From positions 186,001 to 250,000 of the forward strand of contig NW_026515701.1 in the NCBI RefSeq assembly GCF_025526975.1: a DNA stretch of 64,000 nucleotides, read 5' to 3'. Every line of letters starts with the position of its first letter. Position 1 is the stretch's first letter. This document shows, piece by piece, positions 44,101-58,092 of the stretch. The position numbers and the translations under genes are program-made. The DNA is from Fimicolochytrium jonesii. Taxonomy: Eukaryota. Below the pieces are notes generated by a model. That model did not search any database and was not told the DNA's origin. It was given only the letters and a program-made list of their open reading frames with translations.

Positions 44101-47100
44101 GGTCATCGACCGATGTGGTGAACGTTTCAAGTCAAGGTTCACGCGTGAAGGAGCCATGGAAGAGATTGCAAAGATAGTCAAGCTCGGTCAACAGGCCAAG
44201 ACTGATCCGCAACCGGAAAGCCCGACCAAAGTTGCCTCCAGCTCGCACTTACCTGCGCCTGTCGGACGACGACTTAGCGATTTGGTACGAGACCTTAAGC
44301 GGCTTCGAGACCAGGTCGCGGGGCACATGGGCGGATCTCCCGCATCGAACATAACCACAGGGAGTGCCTCGGCGGGTTCTACCGCAGCTGCTGCTGGCTC
44401 GCTGGTGCAGGGCGACTCTAGTCGTGCGGAAGCGTCCGAACCGTCCCCCTCAACCGACGCTGAGAGGTCAGCAGCAATTCCTACCGGCACTGACACAACC
44501 CGACGAGCTAGCGATCAATCGGACAGCGGTCAAGGGTCGGATGGAACAGCTTTGTCCACATCCCCAGGGTCGTCCCTCCTTTCGGGAATGCGGAACGTTT
44601 TGGAAAGACTCGGCAGGTCCGGTGGTCATCCACCAAGTGCCCGAGCTTCCGGCAATACGACCACGCTATTGAACGGTGTAACGTATACCGAGGATGAGAT
44701 TCGCACCTGGATCTTTGCGACAGCGCAGAGGCTTCTCGAGAAGTCGACTTCAAGTTCCTCTGCAAACCAATCCGGTGCTGTATTGGGGGATCTTCGCAGG
44801 CTTGGAGCAGTCCTTGACGAGCGAGAATCCCAGAAAGGCGAATTGGCCATATGTGAGGCTCTGCAAGGGGTCGCGAGGCATTTTGTAGGGGAGGCCGAAA
44901 GTGATGGAGGAGTTGGGATCACTTCATTTGAACTCTTGGAAAGCGGGATCATGCGCTCCTTCGCAGACTTTCTGAGCAAGCCCAGTTCCGAAGATCTCGT
45001 TGCGCCGGATCCTGATGTCGCCCAGCACACGACCCCTATTGGGACGCGGCTGAAAGCCTTCCTGCATGTTTTCATGAACGGCCCGTCTCCGGATCACGAA
45101 AATCGGAACTTCTATGTGGCCGGAGCCTTCAAAGCGCTTCTGCAAAGACTGCAGGAGTGTCTTTCTCGCGTGGAACAGTTCGATGTTGCGACTGCTGTCA
45201 GCTCCGCCACCACGAACTATGCTTCGACCTTCAGTATGCTCTACGGATTTGGGGGAGCAACCAACAACGCACGAGAAGCAAACAACCCAAGTTTGCAACT
45301 CACCCGCCAGCTCAAGATCAAGCTCGTTGCCGCTGAACCGGATACTGTACCGAAACCCTATCAGGCGTTGATGATCAGCGTCCATGCCGTCGCTACGTAC
45401 AAGGCGCTTGAGGACTATCTCAAAGGGCGTATCGTTTTGCCACCCGGGACGGAGGTCCGGAGTGAGAATAAGCAGGCTTTAGCAGCGGAGGTCAAGACTG
45501 CTTCTGAGGACGCTCCGGCGGGTGAAGCCGCCAGCGATGCGGAGAAGAGCGCCGAGTCGGATGTGGATATTATGGCGCATGAATATAAGGAAGGCGAGGA
45601 AGATGAGCTGAATGAGGATGACGGGGAAGACGAATATGATGAAGAGTATGACGAGGATGATGATATCGATGATGATGAGGTACAGTGCCGTTAACGAATA
45701 TAATGCTGGCGATTGCTATCAGCAGATCCTGACCCCCTATTTACAGATGCTGGACGTCAGTGATTTATTGCTGAAAGCAGAAGAAACCACTCGGCAACGG
45801 CGAAGGGGGAGTAGCATCACCGCCAGTGCCGCAGCCGCCGACGCTGCAGACCCTTCCGACACCGGGGAGCCTGACACAGCTGCGTCTAGACGGCGGGATA
45901 GCGTTGTGGATGTACGGACCGATAGCCCGATGCGCCGCCCATCGACAGCAGGAGCATCTTCCAGCCGTCGGGAAAGTGCTGCCCTGCCAGAGTCCAGCAG
46001 TGCGGTGAAATCTTACGCATCTGCTGTGGCATCCAGCACAATTTTCAACATTGAGTTCAGAATCGACAACACCGTTATTCCGCACGAAACGACCATCTTT
46101 GGCTCCGTATTTGCGGCTGAACAGCGGAAGGGTGTCAAACAACCCAATGTGTGGAACCAAGCGTTCACTATGGTCTACAGGAAGGTCTGGCGGGATGAGT
46201 CAGCGGCCTCTGCTACGGAAGCCAAAGCAAAGGCGGGGGCATCATCCAAGAACACCGCAGCGGAAAAAGCAAAGGACGTGAAGCTACATGTTAAACTCCC
46301 ATTCCCAACCACTATACCCGAGGGAGTTCATGTCGAGGCGGCAGATGGGCAGGTGTTATACCTTCTCCGTCTCCTTTACGGACTGAATTCGCGATGGGCG
46401 GAAGTATATGCCAGCGAGGATGCGGAGCTTGATGGATTCCACGAAGGAGGCGCCTCTTCTCTGTCGCTGCAAGAAGGTTCGCAACCAATGGAGAGAGTCG
46501 CGGTCACATCGCGGACTGGAGCTCCCGTGAGTGTGGACATACTTCCTCCCGCGGCGTTTGCCAATACAAAGCTTACTGCGAAGCTGAACCGGCAGCTGGA
46601 TGAACCTCTGATCGTGGCGTCCGACGTACTTCCGAAATGGTGCGCTTCTCTAGCCAAGGAGTTTTCGTTCCTTGTACCCTTCGAAACGCGACTTGCATAT
46701 ATGCAAAGTACCTCCTTCGGCTATTCTCGAAGCATCGGCCGTTGGCAGCATCAGCAGAATGGCCGTGGTGGAGGTTCAGGCGGCGGACGTGGAGGCGATG
46801 GGGGTCAACAGCTTGGACGCCTGCAACGGCAAAAAGTTCGTATCGCGCGTCAACGTCTCCTGGATAGCACGATGAAAGTCATGGAGTTGTATGGCTCCAC
46901 ACAAGCCTTGCTGGAAGTTGAGTTCTTTGACGAGGTCGGGACAGGACTCGGGCCAACGCTAGAGTTCTACTCGAATGTATGCCGTGAAGCCCGACGATCA
47001 GGAGGCGTCTCTGTCGGCGGCGGTTCCAACTTCAAGGTGTGGAGAGATGATAATGGCAAGGCCGAGGATACGGACAGCAAGGAAGAGCCGGATATGGAAG

Positions 47101-48152
47101 ATTTAGTGGACGGAGAATACCTGAATCCGGCCTTAGGTCTGTTCCCGGCCCCAATGCTGGAAAACGAAGGCAATGCGGAGACGAACCAGAGAATCCTCAC
47201 CTTCTTTACGGGATTGGGGACATTTGTGGCAAAGGCTCTGCTGGACTCTCGCCTGGTCGATTTGCCATTCAACCCAATCTTTCTCGAAATGGTTGTCGGC
47301 GAGGAGGAGGAAGAGGAGCAGGCTGCGGAGGCTGCCCTCGGGAAAGCGGGGAGGACAGGCGCCGAGTTCCACCTGCTAAGGCACGTCGATCCTTCACTAT
47401 ACAAGTCACTCCTGGACCTGAAGAAATACGTACACATCAAGCGGTCGATAGAAAGCAACACAAAGTTGTCAAAAGCTGAGCGCGTAGAGCGTTTGGCAGA
47501 CATCACAGTTCGCGGCGCTCGCCTTGAGGATCTGTGCCTGGACTTCACACTCCCAGGCTACCCAACATACGAGTTGATCGAGAACGGCGCTCAAGTCGCG
47601 GTAAGCATCGACAACGTGGAGAAGTACATCGACAGCGTTGTGGAACAGACTGTCGGAACTGGCGTTGCTCGGCAAGTAGAGGCCTTCCGCACCGGGTTCG
47701 ACAAAGTTTTCCCTGCGGCCGATCTCCGAAGTTTCACGGTCCAAGAACTCAGCGTTCTGGTTGGTGGGGCCGGAAGCACAGAGGAGGACTGGGAATACGA
47801 TTCTCTGATGGAGTCTATCAAAGCGGATCACGGATACACCAAGGAATCGGCAACAATCCGAAACCTCGTCTCGTACATATCGGTTCTCACCCCATTGCAA
47901 CGGCGGGAGTTCCTTCAGTTCGTAACCGGCAGTCCCAAGCTTCCGATTGGGGGGTTCAAAGCGCTCATGCCACCGTTGACTGTTGTGCGGAAAACGGTCG
48001 AACAATCAGGTCGGACCCCTGACGACTATCTGCCCAGCGTTATGACGTGCGTTAATTATCTGAAAGTCCCGGATTATTCGGACGCGGCGGTCATGAAGAA
48101 GCGATTCGAGGTGGCGGTACGTGAGGGACAGGGATGCTTCCATCTGTCGTAG
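41110..48152 (+). CDS. UFD4: HECT E3 ubiquitin ligase Ufd4/TRIP12, multi-exon
   Basis: ARM region (LLACRCLSNLIEA, YIDLAEQ, YIDFFGLHVQRTAV), TAKLNRQLDEPL, RLQRQKVRI, LEVEFFDEVGTGLGPTLEFY, FLQFVTGSPKLP, and C-terminal LPSVMTCVNYLKVPDY...FHLS. Confidence 0.96.
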
Positions 48153-48683
48153 TCGATGTCAGCTCTCCCACGTGGGTCCCGTCGCAGCGTGATCAGTTAG
48201 TCTCTCACAACCGGTTCCTCGTTGAGGACGCTGCGTCCCATTTATAGACGTTCTCTCTGATGTCATATTCTATGTGGCTATTTCTTGAAGTGCCCATACT
48301 CCCATGGTTGAGCCTTATATCGTGTGCTGTCAGCCGAATGTAGAGCTTTGTAGTAGTGCTTCGACGTCTTTTTGTAAATGAAAGTAGCATGTACTGTATT
48401 AGTGGAACATGACATGGTGGGAAACCGTGCTCACGGAGGAAACGATGTGAAGATACTGAAATGTGAGAAATTCGACAGCGCGCCAAATTGATGACTCACG
48501 CGACGCCGGGCGGCTTTTGCTGTTGGGAGTTGGGGAGTCGAAATGATGGAAGGCAGCCCCATACGCTCACAAACAACGGCAAGGGAACCTGGCGTCCCAC
48601 CTGTTTCGAACAACTTCTGCTGCCCTGCTGTTGCCCTAGAGCCTGCCATATAACGTCTGTCCGTCACATCAAAGGCCCGCGAA

Positions 48684-50430
48684 ATGTCTCTCGCAAAACA
48701 TGTCCTTCAGCCGCCGCCGGCGCTGCCATCGAAGCCGACGCTAAGGTTCGACGATGTCCTCAAGGAGAACAGCCCCGTAGAAGCGGTGGTACGACAGGTA
48801 GGTAGCAGTATCCGGTTGCAATCGCTCTCTTCGTAGTTATCAAGTTAAGACACTACATGCTAACATCCTCCCCACTTGGTAGAGTTCCTTGATGCAACTC
48901 ACACGGATGCTCGACCAGCTCAGCACGATGTCCACCTACGCCAACGACATAATATCGGGGATGGTGACGGCATCCAGTACGACCAACGAGCGCATCGGCG
49001 AGCTGCAGGCGCGTTTGGAAGCATTGAAGGGCAATGCGCCCACTGTGGATGAGAAATTGGAGAATGCCACGATTGCGGAACTAACGTCTGCGGAAAGTGA
49101 GTTGGCCGTGATGGGATATGGATGCGATGTTTGGGGAGTGGGCACTCAAGATATCCTTCCTGTGTAGAGTTTGATTGGAAGTCCAGAGCGGTGCTTGTCA
49201 CCAAACTGTTCAGCAAAGACACCGAGGATCCGACGCTGAAGCTTGCGTATGATGCTTGCAATGAGGCGCCGAATCTGGGGCTGATGGATCCGTACAGGAC
49301 GGATGGACAGAGCTGTATGAAGGTACAGGGCATTGCGAGAAGTATGTTGCTGCAATGATTTGGCGCGTTCAGAAGCTGATATCCGACTCTTTCGAAAATT
49401 TCCAGTTCTATTCGTATCCTGAATTCTTTGCTGAAGAATGGAAACTGTTGATGGAGAAAGAGGAGAAAGAGGAGAGGCGGCGGAAGAAGGAGAGAAGAGA
49501 GTTGCGGAAGAAGGCGAAGGTAAAATCACACGCTTCGGTCTCTATCCTACCGGACTTTTGCCTGATATCTCGTCCATGTCCCGCCAACAGTTACAACGTC
49601 CAACAACCGTCAACAAGTCCCAACTCCAAGAACTCCAAATCAAACGCTACAATTCCCAAGGCGAAGTCATCACCGACGCAGCCGACGACCCCACCTCCCC
49701 ATCACGACACAGCCTCAGCGCCGCCTCAACCCAAAGTCGGGGCGCACTAAGCGCCCTACGCCCAAAACCTCTAGGCGGGTTACCCCAACGGTCAGCAACC
49801 ACAACCGTCGCAAGCACAAGTCGGTCGTCGTTGCTGGCGAGAAGCAATCCGCTGGTGTACGACAGCAGCGAGAGTGTGTCGTTCGGGAGGGCGTCGAGGG
49901 GCGCGTTCCAGGATCAGGCGAGATTGATGAAGGGTGGGAAGAGTGCAGCGGCGCCTCCACCTCCGCCGCCGCCACCGCCGCCGCCACCGCCTGGCGGTGG
50001 GCTGGGGTTGATTACGCCAGGAGCGCTGGCTACGGCGTCGTTGAAATCTGCTGCTGCCCGACCGCAGGTTGTCAAAGCGGATAGTTTCTTGAATGATATC
50101 AAGGGAGGGCAGGTACGATGACACTTTGGGCGGATGGGTTTTTGGTCACGGCTGACATCAGAAACTCACCTTTTTGATATCATTGTCCGCAGTTCGTGTT
50201 GAAGAAGGTAGATGCGCCAGAACTGACCGTCGCTCAAAAGACCAAAAAGCGTGCCGAGACGAGCGATGTAGCCGCCATATTGATGAGACGTGCGGCCATG
50301 GAGATGAGCGATAGCGAGAACGGTATGCTCGAATATTCCTCTTATCACCGATCTGCTGAGTATGTTACTGGAACTAACGATGCGCGACGATTCTGCAGAG
50401 GATTCTGCGGACGACGATGATTGGGACTGA
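48684..50430 (+). CDS. WAVE: SCAR/WAVE family Arp2/3 activator, multi-exon
   Basis: WAVE homology domain (QLSTMSTYANDI...YDACNEAPNLGLMDPYRTDG...KFYSYPEFFAEEWK), basic region, polyproline, WH2 (FLNDIKGGQFVLKKV), C helix (DVAAILMRRAAMEMSDSE) and acidic end DDDDWD*. Confidence 0.9.
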
Positions 50431-50804
50431 TTTTTCAAGACCTGCGTTGAGTGTTAGGCAAACCTGTAATCTTCGGCGTTGTGCATACCCAATCATAATC
50501 GAGCATGCGTTGATGACCATCCTCCATCATTCTTGATCAACGCATCACGCACACGCCATCTAAACCCGTATCTGCATCACAAGTCCCTGGAAAATATGAC
50601 ATTTTGCACAAAGTAAATCATAAGAGAAATGACCAAGCGAGGAAAACTATACATGCGGTATCTGACACAGAAAAGTAAAGGCACAGTCCTTCCGCTATCA
50701 ACGGAAACCCAAAAAAAGGAAAGAAAACACATATTTTTGTTTAAGCTAGCACATATGGGATGGGATGGATATCAAGGGCGGAGTGAGGGTGGGAGTGTGG
50801 TGTT

Positions 50805-52776
50805 TTACACTCTTGGCTCTTCATCCAATGTCATATCGGATTTGGCGCCCGCGAGACGGTTAGCGTTCGGGTTCGGGTTGTGTTTGTCCTTGACGATGTA
50901 TTTTGAGGAGTTGCGGGCGGAGATGCCGGAGGTGAACTGTTGTACATGAATATTTTAGTTCATCGTTGCCCCAAATTTCACAATTTACTCTGAAGTCTCG
51001 CTACTCACCATCTCATCAACGTCTTCAAGAGCGAGACCTTTAGTCTCTGGAACGAAGATGTAGACAAACACCCCGCCGGCGAGGATGAACGCTGCCCACA
51101 GGAACGCGATCTTGGCGCCGAGGTTGGCTTCGCCGACGTCGACGAGGTAGGGGGTGGAGAAACCGAGGGCCCACTGATACGGTGATGGAGCACAATTAAG
51201 ATTAGATGACGCACGGGAGAGAGTCAGAGCTCGTTCATAACACGATCTCTTACGTTCCAGAACCAGTTACTGGCCGTCGCGAGGGCTACACCCTTCGACC
51301 GGAGACGTAATGGGAAGATCTCGCTAGAGACGACCCACGCGGCGGGACCCCACGAGGAGGCGAATCCAAAGATGAACAAACACTCAAAGACGATCATCCT
51401 ACACAAAACAAACACATGAAATGAGTTGTCTGAATGCACGGAACGTTGAGGTTGCAAAGACGCAAGATTTCCGACAACTTACACAATCCCAGCGTTAGAA
51501 TCGACGTTCCCAATCGGGTCGCCGGTGACGGGGTCCAAAGTAGGCGCGCGGGCGGTCCCGACGACCCCGACAACGAGTTGGGCGACGAGCATGATCATTG
51601 AGCCGAGGATGAGGAGCTTGCGGCGGCCCATTCTTTCGACCCACCAGAGAGCTGGGATTGTCCTGTTCGATGTGAGATACGATTTAGAGTTTGCCTCCTT
51701 CCCGCGTCCTTCTTCCGTCCTGGGACGGGAAGACGATTTTCCCACTTACGAGAGAACGTTTACGACACCAGTAATAGTCGAAGTCAAATACGCCTGCTTG
51801 ATCCCCGCCTGCTTGAAGAACGTCGTCCCATAATAAAACACAAAATTGACCCCCGTCAACTGCTGGAACATCTGGATCCACACCGCAATATGCGTGCGTC
51901 TCGCCGCATTTCCCCTGAAACAGTCCGCATAAGATTGCGCCTCTCCGATCTGCGCCTCGAGTGCCAGATTCGACTCGAGTTCCTGCATCTCGTCAACGAT
52001 GAGAGGGTCGTGCGGTGGGCGGCCGCGGAGACGGGAAAGGGCACGGAGAGCTGCGTCGCGTTTGTCTTGGCGGAGGAGGTTGCGTGGGGATTCGGGGAGG
52101 AAGATCATGCCGATGAGGAGGACGGAGGCGAAGAAGAGTTGGAGGCCGATTGGGGTGCGGTAGGAGGCGCGGCCGGAGATGTTTTGGGTGCCTTGGTTGA
52201 TGCCGAAGGCGGCGAGGATGCCGATTGTGATGGCGAGCTGGTAGGTTGAGACGAGGGTCCCACGGAGATGCTTTGGCGCGGCTTCCGCTTGATACAGCGG
52301 AATCAACCCCGACAATAACCCCACGCCCATCCCCGCAATCAGCCTTCCCGGGAGCATCAGTCCCAAATTATGCCCCGCGGTTTGCAAGCAGACACCGACG
52401 ATGAAAACGGCAGCGGACTGCATGATGGCGATACGACGGCCGAACTTGTCGGCGAGCATCCCGGCGACAAGGGATCCGACGAAGGTTCCGACGGAGAGGA
52501 TGGAGACGAGGAGGGATTTGATGTGGGAGGCGACTTGGGCGCCGTTGCCGGGGCCAAAGTCATCCTTGAATGCTGAGGGATATAGACGTCAGAACGAGTG
52601 ATCTTGGTGGTGTGCATGCTGTCGGACATCAATAGGTCATCTACGGAGCTTGGTATGGCCTTACCTCGCATCTCGAGGATCCCCGAGATCAATCCTGTGT
52701 CGTAGCCGAAGAGGAACCCCCCGAACGACACAAAGAGACATATCAGGATTGTTGACGTGTTGACGGATTTTGCCAT
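50805..52776 (-). CDS. MFS sugar porter (hexose transporter family), multi-exon
   Basis: [57 protein letters not shown] motifs. Confidence 0.95.
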
Positions 52777-52997
52777 CTTGTCAAGTTGATGATACAAGTA
52801 TGTGTGTTTTCTTCAAATAGATTGGGAACAGAAGCACAGATAGGCCAGATCAACTGGCAGTAGGGGGTTTGAGTATGGACAATTAAGTAGGCGGAGTGAG
52901 CGAAGAGCGTGAAGAAAGGATATGAGTTTGTAAAGCCATTAACGGCTACGGATATCGCGGGAAAAGAAAAGCGTCCCGCCGATTTCCCTGCTCGCTC

Positions 52998-53004
52998 TTT
53001 TATA
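52998..53004 (-). promoter_or_regulatory. Candidate TATA box of the sugar porter
   Basis: TATAAAA on the minus strand ~220 bp upstream of the ATG at 52776. Confidence 0.4.
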
Positions 53005-55583
53005 TGCGAGCCAGACCAGCCATAAACATCATCAATCGCATGGGGGCCAATGGATCTTGGATGTGGATTGGCGGGTGGCTTGAAATCCCCGAATTCAGTG
53101 CGCATTGGGGGAAGAGGCTTGAGATGAATCATCCCTTGCGCTGCAAAAACAATTCGATTCCTCCGGGAAGTTCAGCAAAAGCGGGGGAAAATGTCCACGT
53201 CATGCGGGTCATGAGGTGCGTTTACATGGTGGGCGGGCAAAGCGTTTACCACTGCTTTGAAGCTTATGAGCGTTTGCAAGCAACGGGCTTGACCCTTGGG
53301 AACCCCTCGATTGTGAATTGGTTGAAGGGACATGCCCGGTAAGCATGGTTAAAAGGGAGAGGCGATGATGAGATAGGGCCGGAGAGGCCAGGTGACCGGC
53401 CCCTTTCGGTTGCTTTCCGCAATCATCCCTTCCGGTGTTCATTTGATTTATCCAAAGGGCAAGCCAGGGTATTCATTCCTCATTGTGGTATGGGTTTCCC
53501 GTGCATTGCTTTTTTGACGCGGAATCTGTCGCGTCCTGGGATGGATGGATATTTGGATGGTGGCCGTGAAGATCCAATCAATCCCATGGGCAATCCCAGC
53601 TCGCAAAGAGTGACAAGATAGTGAGTGGTTCGGACAAGGAGATCCCGCGGTCTGAATTCGAAGAGGATAGCGGCACGATTTCCTTACGACACAGCTGGAT
53701 CCTGCTGGAGTGGGATGTGCGTTGTGAGCGCGTACGTTTCGCGTGCCCGGCAGCAGACACCATATGGCCTGCGCCCCATCGCACAAAGCGCCGCACATGG
53801 AACAAGATTATCAGCAGCCGCAGCCCTGTCGTTCCATGTTGTTGTTGTTGTTGTATGCACGGTCTGCGCAAGGGGATTGAAGTCACGTCCGGATGACGAC
53901 ATTGGTGTGTGCGAGAGGGGTCTCCGTGGGGGGGTGGCTGGCTTTGAAATGGGAGGAAGCAAATCATCAGAGACCGCGTTGCGTGCAGAGGCCAAAACAA
54001 GCCGCTGCGACGTCAAGATCAAGGGTGCGAACTCCAGCACCCGGAAAAGCAACCCAAGGCTGACCGGGAGGCTGACTGCATCTGCAGGTCGTCTTCCGAG
54101 ATCGACTCCGATTTCAGCTGTGGAAACGGAACGGGAAACCTTTCGCGTTGAGTTGCTAGGGCCGCTTAGCAACGAGGCGCAACGTCGTTGCAGTGAAGAC
54201 CACGAAATGGAAGCAGTTTGCGCTGGGCCTTAATCTCGAATCGCCTTGAGCGCTGCCACCGTACTGGGCGAGACAACACCATCGCCGTTCAAAGATTCCA
54301 TCGACATAGATTGCGAAAGGTTGGGACGGCTGTCGCCGTTGGAACACGAACTGACAACGACTGACGCACGGCACCCGGGGACAGAAAGCGGTTCAATGGA
54401 GAGGCCAGAGACGACGAGGGAATGTCCATCAGGCACTTTGCTTTGCCGCTCTGGGAACGGCGCTCAAGGGGGGTTCAGCAGTGGGCGTGCAGGATCACCA
54501 GCGTATATGATGGGGCAAACGGAAATCGCATACGGCTGGTTGACATTGAAGGCGCCGCAGGACACTCCAGCGATACTCAGGGATGGAGGGACAACATTTT
54601 CAAGGTGCATGCATTGCTCCGCAAGTGGGTTAAGAGGGAAGCGCGTTAAAAGCAGTCAAAACAATCCGGCGGGCGCCGGCACCGGCGTTGCAGGACACGA
54701 GAAAAGGTGAACGAGGCAGAGGTGAGAGAGACTCCCCCGCGTCGGACTCTCTCGCCTACCTGATTTGCTTCGTTGCCGTTTCTTCAGGCATGCAAGCCCA
54801 AACTTTCGCCCTATATATATACAGCGGCGAACGCGTTCAGATCTTGATTCATGCACCTTCTTCATAAAGCCTGGACCTTTTACCAGGCTCGCATCCCGGG
54901 CGCAACACCCCAACGCTTACAACCCGGTCCACGCATCTCACTCTCGTTTGTCACTTTTGCTGGCCCGGCTCGATCCAGCGTTTTGGAGGAGAACTCGTCG
55001 AGATTTATGTCGTCCGCTCACCTCGGAATAACTCCGCACACTCGACCAGTCCCGCGACTCGCGCGCCATCGCCAACGCTCCAAACCCCGAACCACTCACC
55101 TCACTGGAAAGAACTGACTTGGAAAGAACTGAATCCTGTTCGTTTCTCCATAATGTCAAATCGAGGCACGTGACTGATCGAATTGCACGCGTTTTGTTCG
55201 AGTTAAACTCAGGGGAGGGGGGATGGATGACATCACCGTCATCCGCATGAGTCAGCTAGTCACGCTCCCTTGGCGGCCTATCGTACGTACTGTACGTAAT
55301 ATACCAATTGGAACCCCCCGGAGCAGGAAATGAATTAGCCAAGGGGGTGGCATCAGAAGCCCCTCCCGCTCCATCACCCAGAATATCAGAAACGCATCAC
55401 GTTACCCTCCAGAAAGCCTTCTTTCACCCGTGTGCGACGTATGGAAGAAGGTGTTGACGGGTAGTGCTGAGCTGCGGGTATGAACGCGTACAACACTGCA
55501 CACTTTCACACTTTCTCGGGGTATTGAGGCTGGGCGCCGTGGACGGGTGTGTGAGATCGATTTCGCTTGTGAACAGCCCGCGG

Positions 55584-55590
55584 TATAAAA
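55584..55590 (+). promoter_or_regulatory. Candidate TATA box of the trehalase
   Basis: TATAAAA ~155 bp upstream of the ATG at 55744. Confidence 0.45.
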
Positions 55591-55743
55591 GGGGCTGCCG
55601 GCTACTGCAGGCCCGCTGGTCCCGCCCGTGGATCTCTATAGGTCGATAGATCTAATACCAGGTTATCCATTAAGATAGCCCCCCCCCCCCCCCCCCCCTC
55701 ATAAACCCTCCTTCCCGTCCAAGGAAGTGAACCAACACCCATC

Positions 55744-58092
55744 ATGCGCAACATCTTCTCCAGCGCCTTAGTCCTCGGCGCGCTGCTCTTGACGCCGCCG
55801 CCAACTGTGAACGGACAACAGGCGTCTTGCGACTCGCCCATCTACTGCCCGGGCCCGCTGTTGGATCGGATTCAGAGAGCTAAATTGTTTAATGATTCCA
55901 AGACGTATGTACCGTGAGCGCAAACCGAGCGCTTGCTTGAGGACGTGAGCGAAAAGCGAGGAGATTGCTTTAGGAAGCAACTCAACATCCTTGTCACGAG
56001 CGGAGCGAGCAGGGTCTCGTTCAACCCTCCATTCCACTCCATGCGCATGCAGTCCAGGCATTCTAATCTTCTCAACCCCCCCCCCCCCCCCCGCGCTCCA
56101 CAAACTATACGTAGTTTCGTAGACAAACCAACGAAAAAACCCGTCTCGGCCGTCCTCGCCGCCTTCGCCGCGCTCCCGCCCACTGCCACCCGCGACGACC
56201 TCCTGCGCTTCGTCGACGACAATTTCGGCCAAGAGGGCACCGACCTCGAGGCCATCACGCCCCAGGACTGGAAGGCCGACCCTAAATTCCTCACTGGCAT
56301 CTCCGCCCAGCCGTTGAGAGAATGGGCCGGCGTGATTCATGGGTATTGGAAGGATTTGTCGAGGAGGGTGGGGAATGCGACGAGTGCGTGTGAGGGGTGC
56401 GCGAATAGTCTATTGCCGCCTAAGAAGCCCTTTGTGGTGCCTGGTGGGAGGTTCCGGGAGATCTATTACTGGTGCGTCTCTTGGACTTTCAAGCATCCAC
56501 CCTCACACGCATGACATGGTTCTGACCCATGTTGATCACTCCCCGTAGGGACACGTACTTTGTCTTCTTGGGATTGGCATTGAGCGAGATGAACCAGACC
56601 ATGAGCGACATGATCGACAACTTCTTGGACTACGTGGACAAGTACGGCTTCATGCGTAAGTTTCGCATGAGGGCTTGGCCATGCCTTGTGTGCTTGCTCG
56701 CTTGTTAGTTAGTTAGGGTCTACGTATCTCACCCATTCGTCCTTCATCATAGCAAACGGCGCCCGAATCTACTACCTGAACCGCTCGCAACCCCCCGTCC
56801 TCACCCAAATGGTCTCCCTCTACCTCCAATCCACCAACAATACCTCCTCCCTCTCCCGCTGGCTCCCCCTCCTCGACAAGGAATACGACTTCTGGCACCG
56901 CAACCGCACCGTCACCGTCACCCGCAACAACTTCTCCGCCCAACTCAACCGGTACGATGTCACCAACTCCCAGCCAAGGCCGGAGTCGTATGCGGAGGAC
57001 GCGGCGACGGTTGAAGGTGGGAATTTTACGGCCGCGCAGGCGGCGGAACTGTATGCGGATATTGCCACGGGAGCGGAGTCGGGGTGGGATTTTAGCTCGA
57101 GGTGGGTGGACAACCCCGTGAATGGATCGACGCAGGACCAGAATCTGAGGAGGCTGGTCACGACGGAGATCATCCCTGTCGACTTGAACGCTATCCTCTA
57201 CGCCAACGAAGTCACGCTGCGCGACCTGCACGCCAAGTACGGGGACGCGGCACAATCGCTGAAGTACAAGCGTGCCGCGGAGGACAGGCAATTGGCGATG
57301 TGGAACATCCTGTGGAACGACGACCTGGGCCAGTTCCGCGATTGGGACAGACACGATTCGTCGGTGGTTGAATGGACCAGCGCGAGTTTCTGGCCGCATT
57401 GGGCCGGGGTGGCCGATACCGACCCCCGCGGGAAGAACGCTACAAGCAAAGGAGACACATGCCAGCGTGTAGCGGGGGCGTTCAAGATCCTCGAACAGGT
57501 CGAGTTACCTGGCGGTATCCCCACCACGCAAGTCACGACGGGCTTGCAGTGGGATTACCCCAACTCATGGCCGCCACAGACGTACATCGCTCTGAACGCA
57601 CTCCAACGCACGCAAAAGATGTGTCCCAACACGACTGTGCCGCTCGGAATCTACATCGACACCCTCTCCACCAATTTCATCCGTCAATCCTTCTGCTCCT
57701 GGCGCGAGACCGGCGGCGCGCTGCCCTCGCTCCCCGCAATCCAATCCGGCGGTGCGTCTACTTCCGGCGGGAAGGACGACGGGCACATGTTTGAAAAGTA
57801 CAACGTGACGCAAGTCGGGGCCAGTGGGGGTGGGGGGGAGTATACCGTGCAGACAGGGTTTGGGTGGACGAACGGGGTCGTGCTGTCGATCTTGCATAGT
57901 CAGGGGGCGCAGTTGGGTGTGCCTGGTTGTGAGGTTGCTGCGACGACGGGGGGTGGGAATGGGACCTCGGGCGGCGGAGGTGGGAACAGTACTGCGGGGA
58001 ATTCGGCGAATTCTGCGGGACATGGGATGAAGGCTGCTGCGCCTGTGTGGGCCGCTGCCGTCGTTTCTGTCGTGATGTGGATGGCGCTTTGA
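55744..58092 (+). CDS. Alpha,alpha-trehalase, GH37, secreted and probably GPI-anchored, 4 exons
   Basis: Signal peptide MRNIFSSALVLGALLL...; CDSPIYCPG, DSKTFVD, VVPGGRFREIYYWD, NGARIYYLNRSQPP, PRPESY, AESGWDFSSRW, QWDYPNSWPP, MFEKY, GGGGEY..QTGFGWTNG; G/S/N linker then hydrophobic C-terminus. Confidence 0.95.

Noticed and set aside
53100..54800. SYGGRG (CreA/Mig1) sites and ORFs of 140-200 aa in the porter/trehalase intergenic region
   Set aside because: Such hexamers are frequent by chance in GC-rich DNA, and the ORFs have no recognisable protein features.
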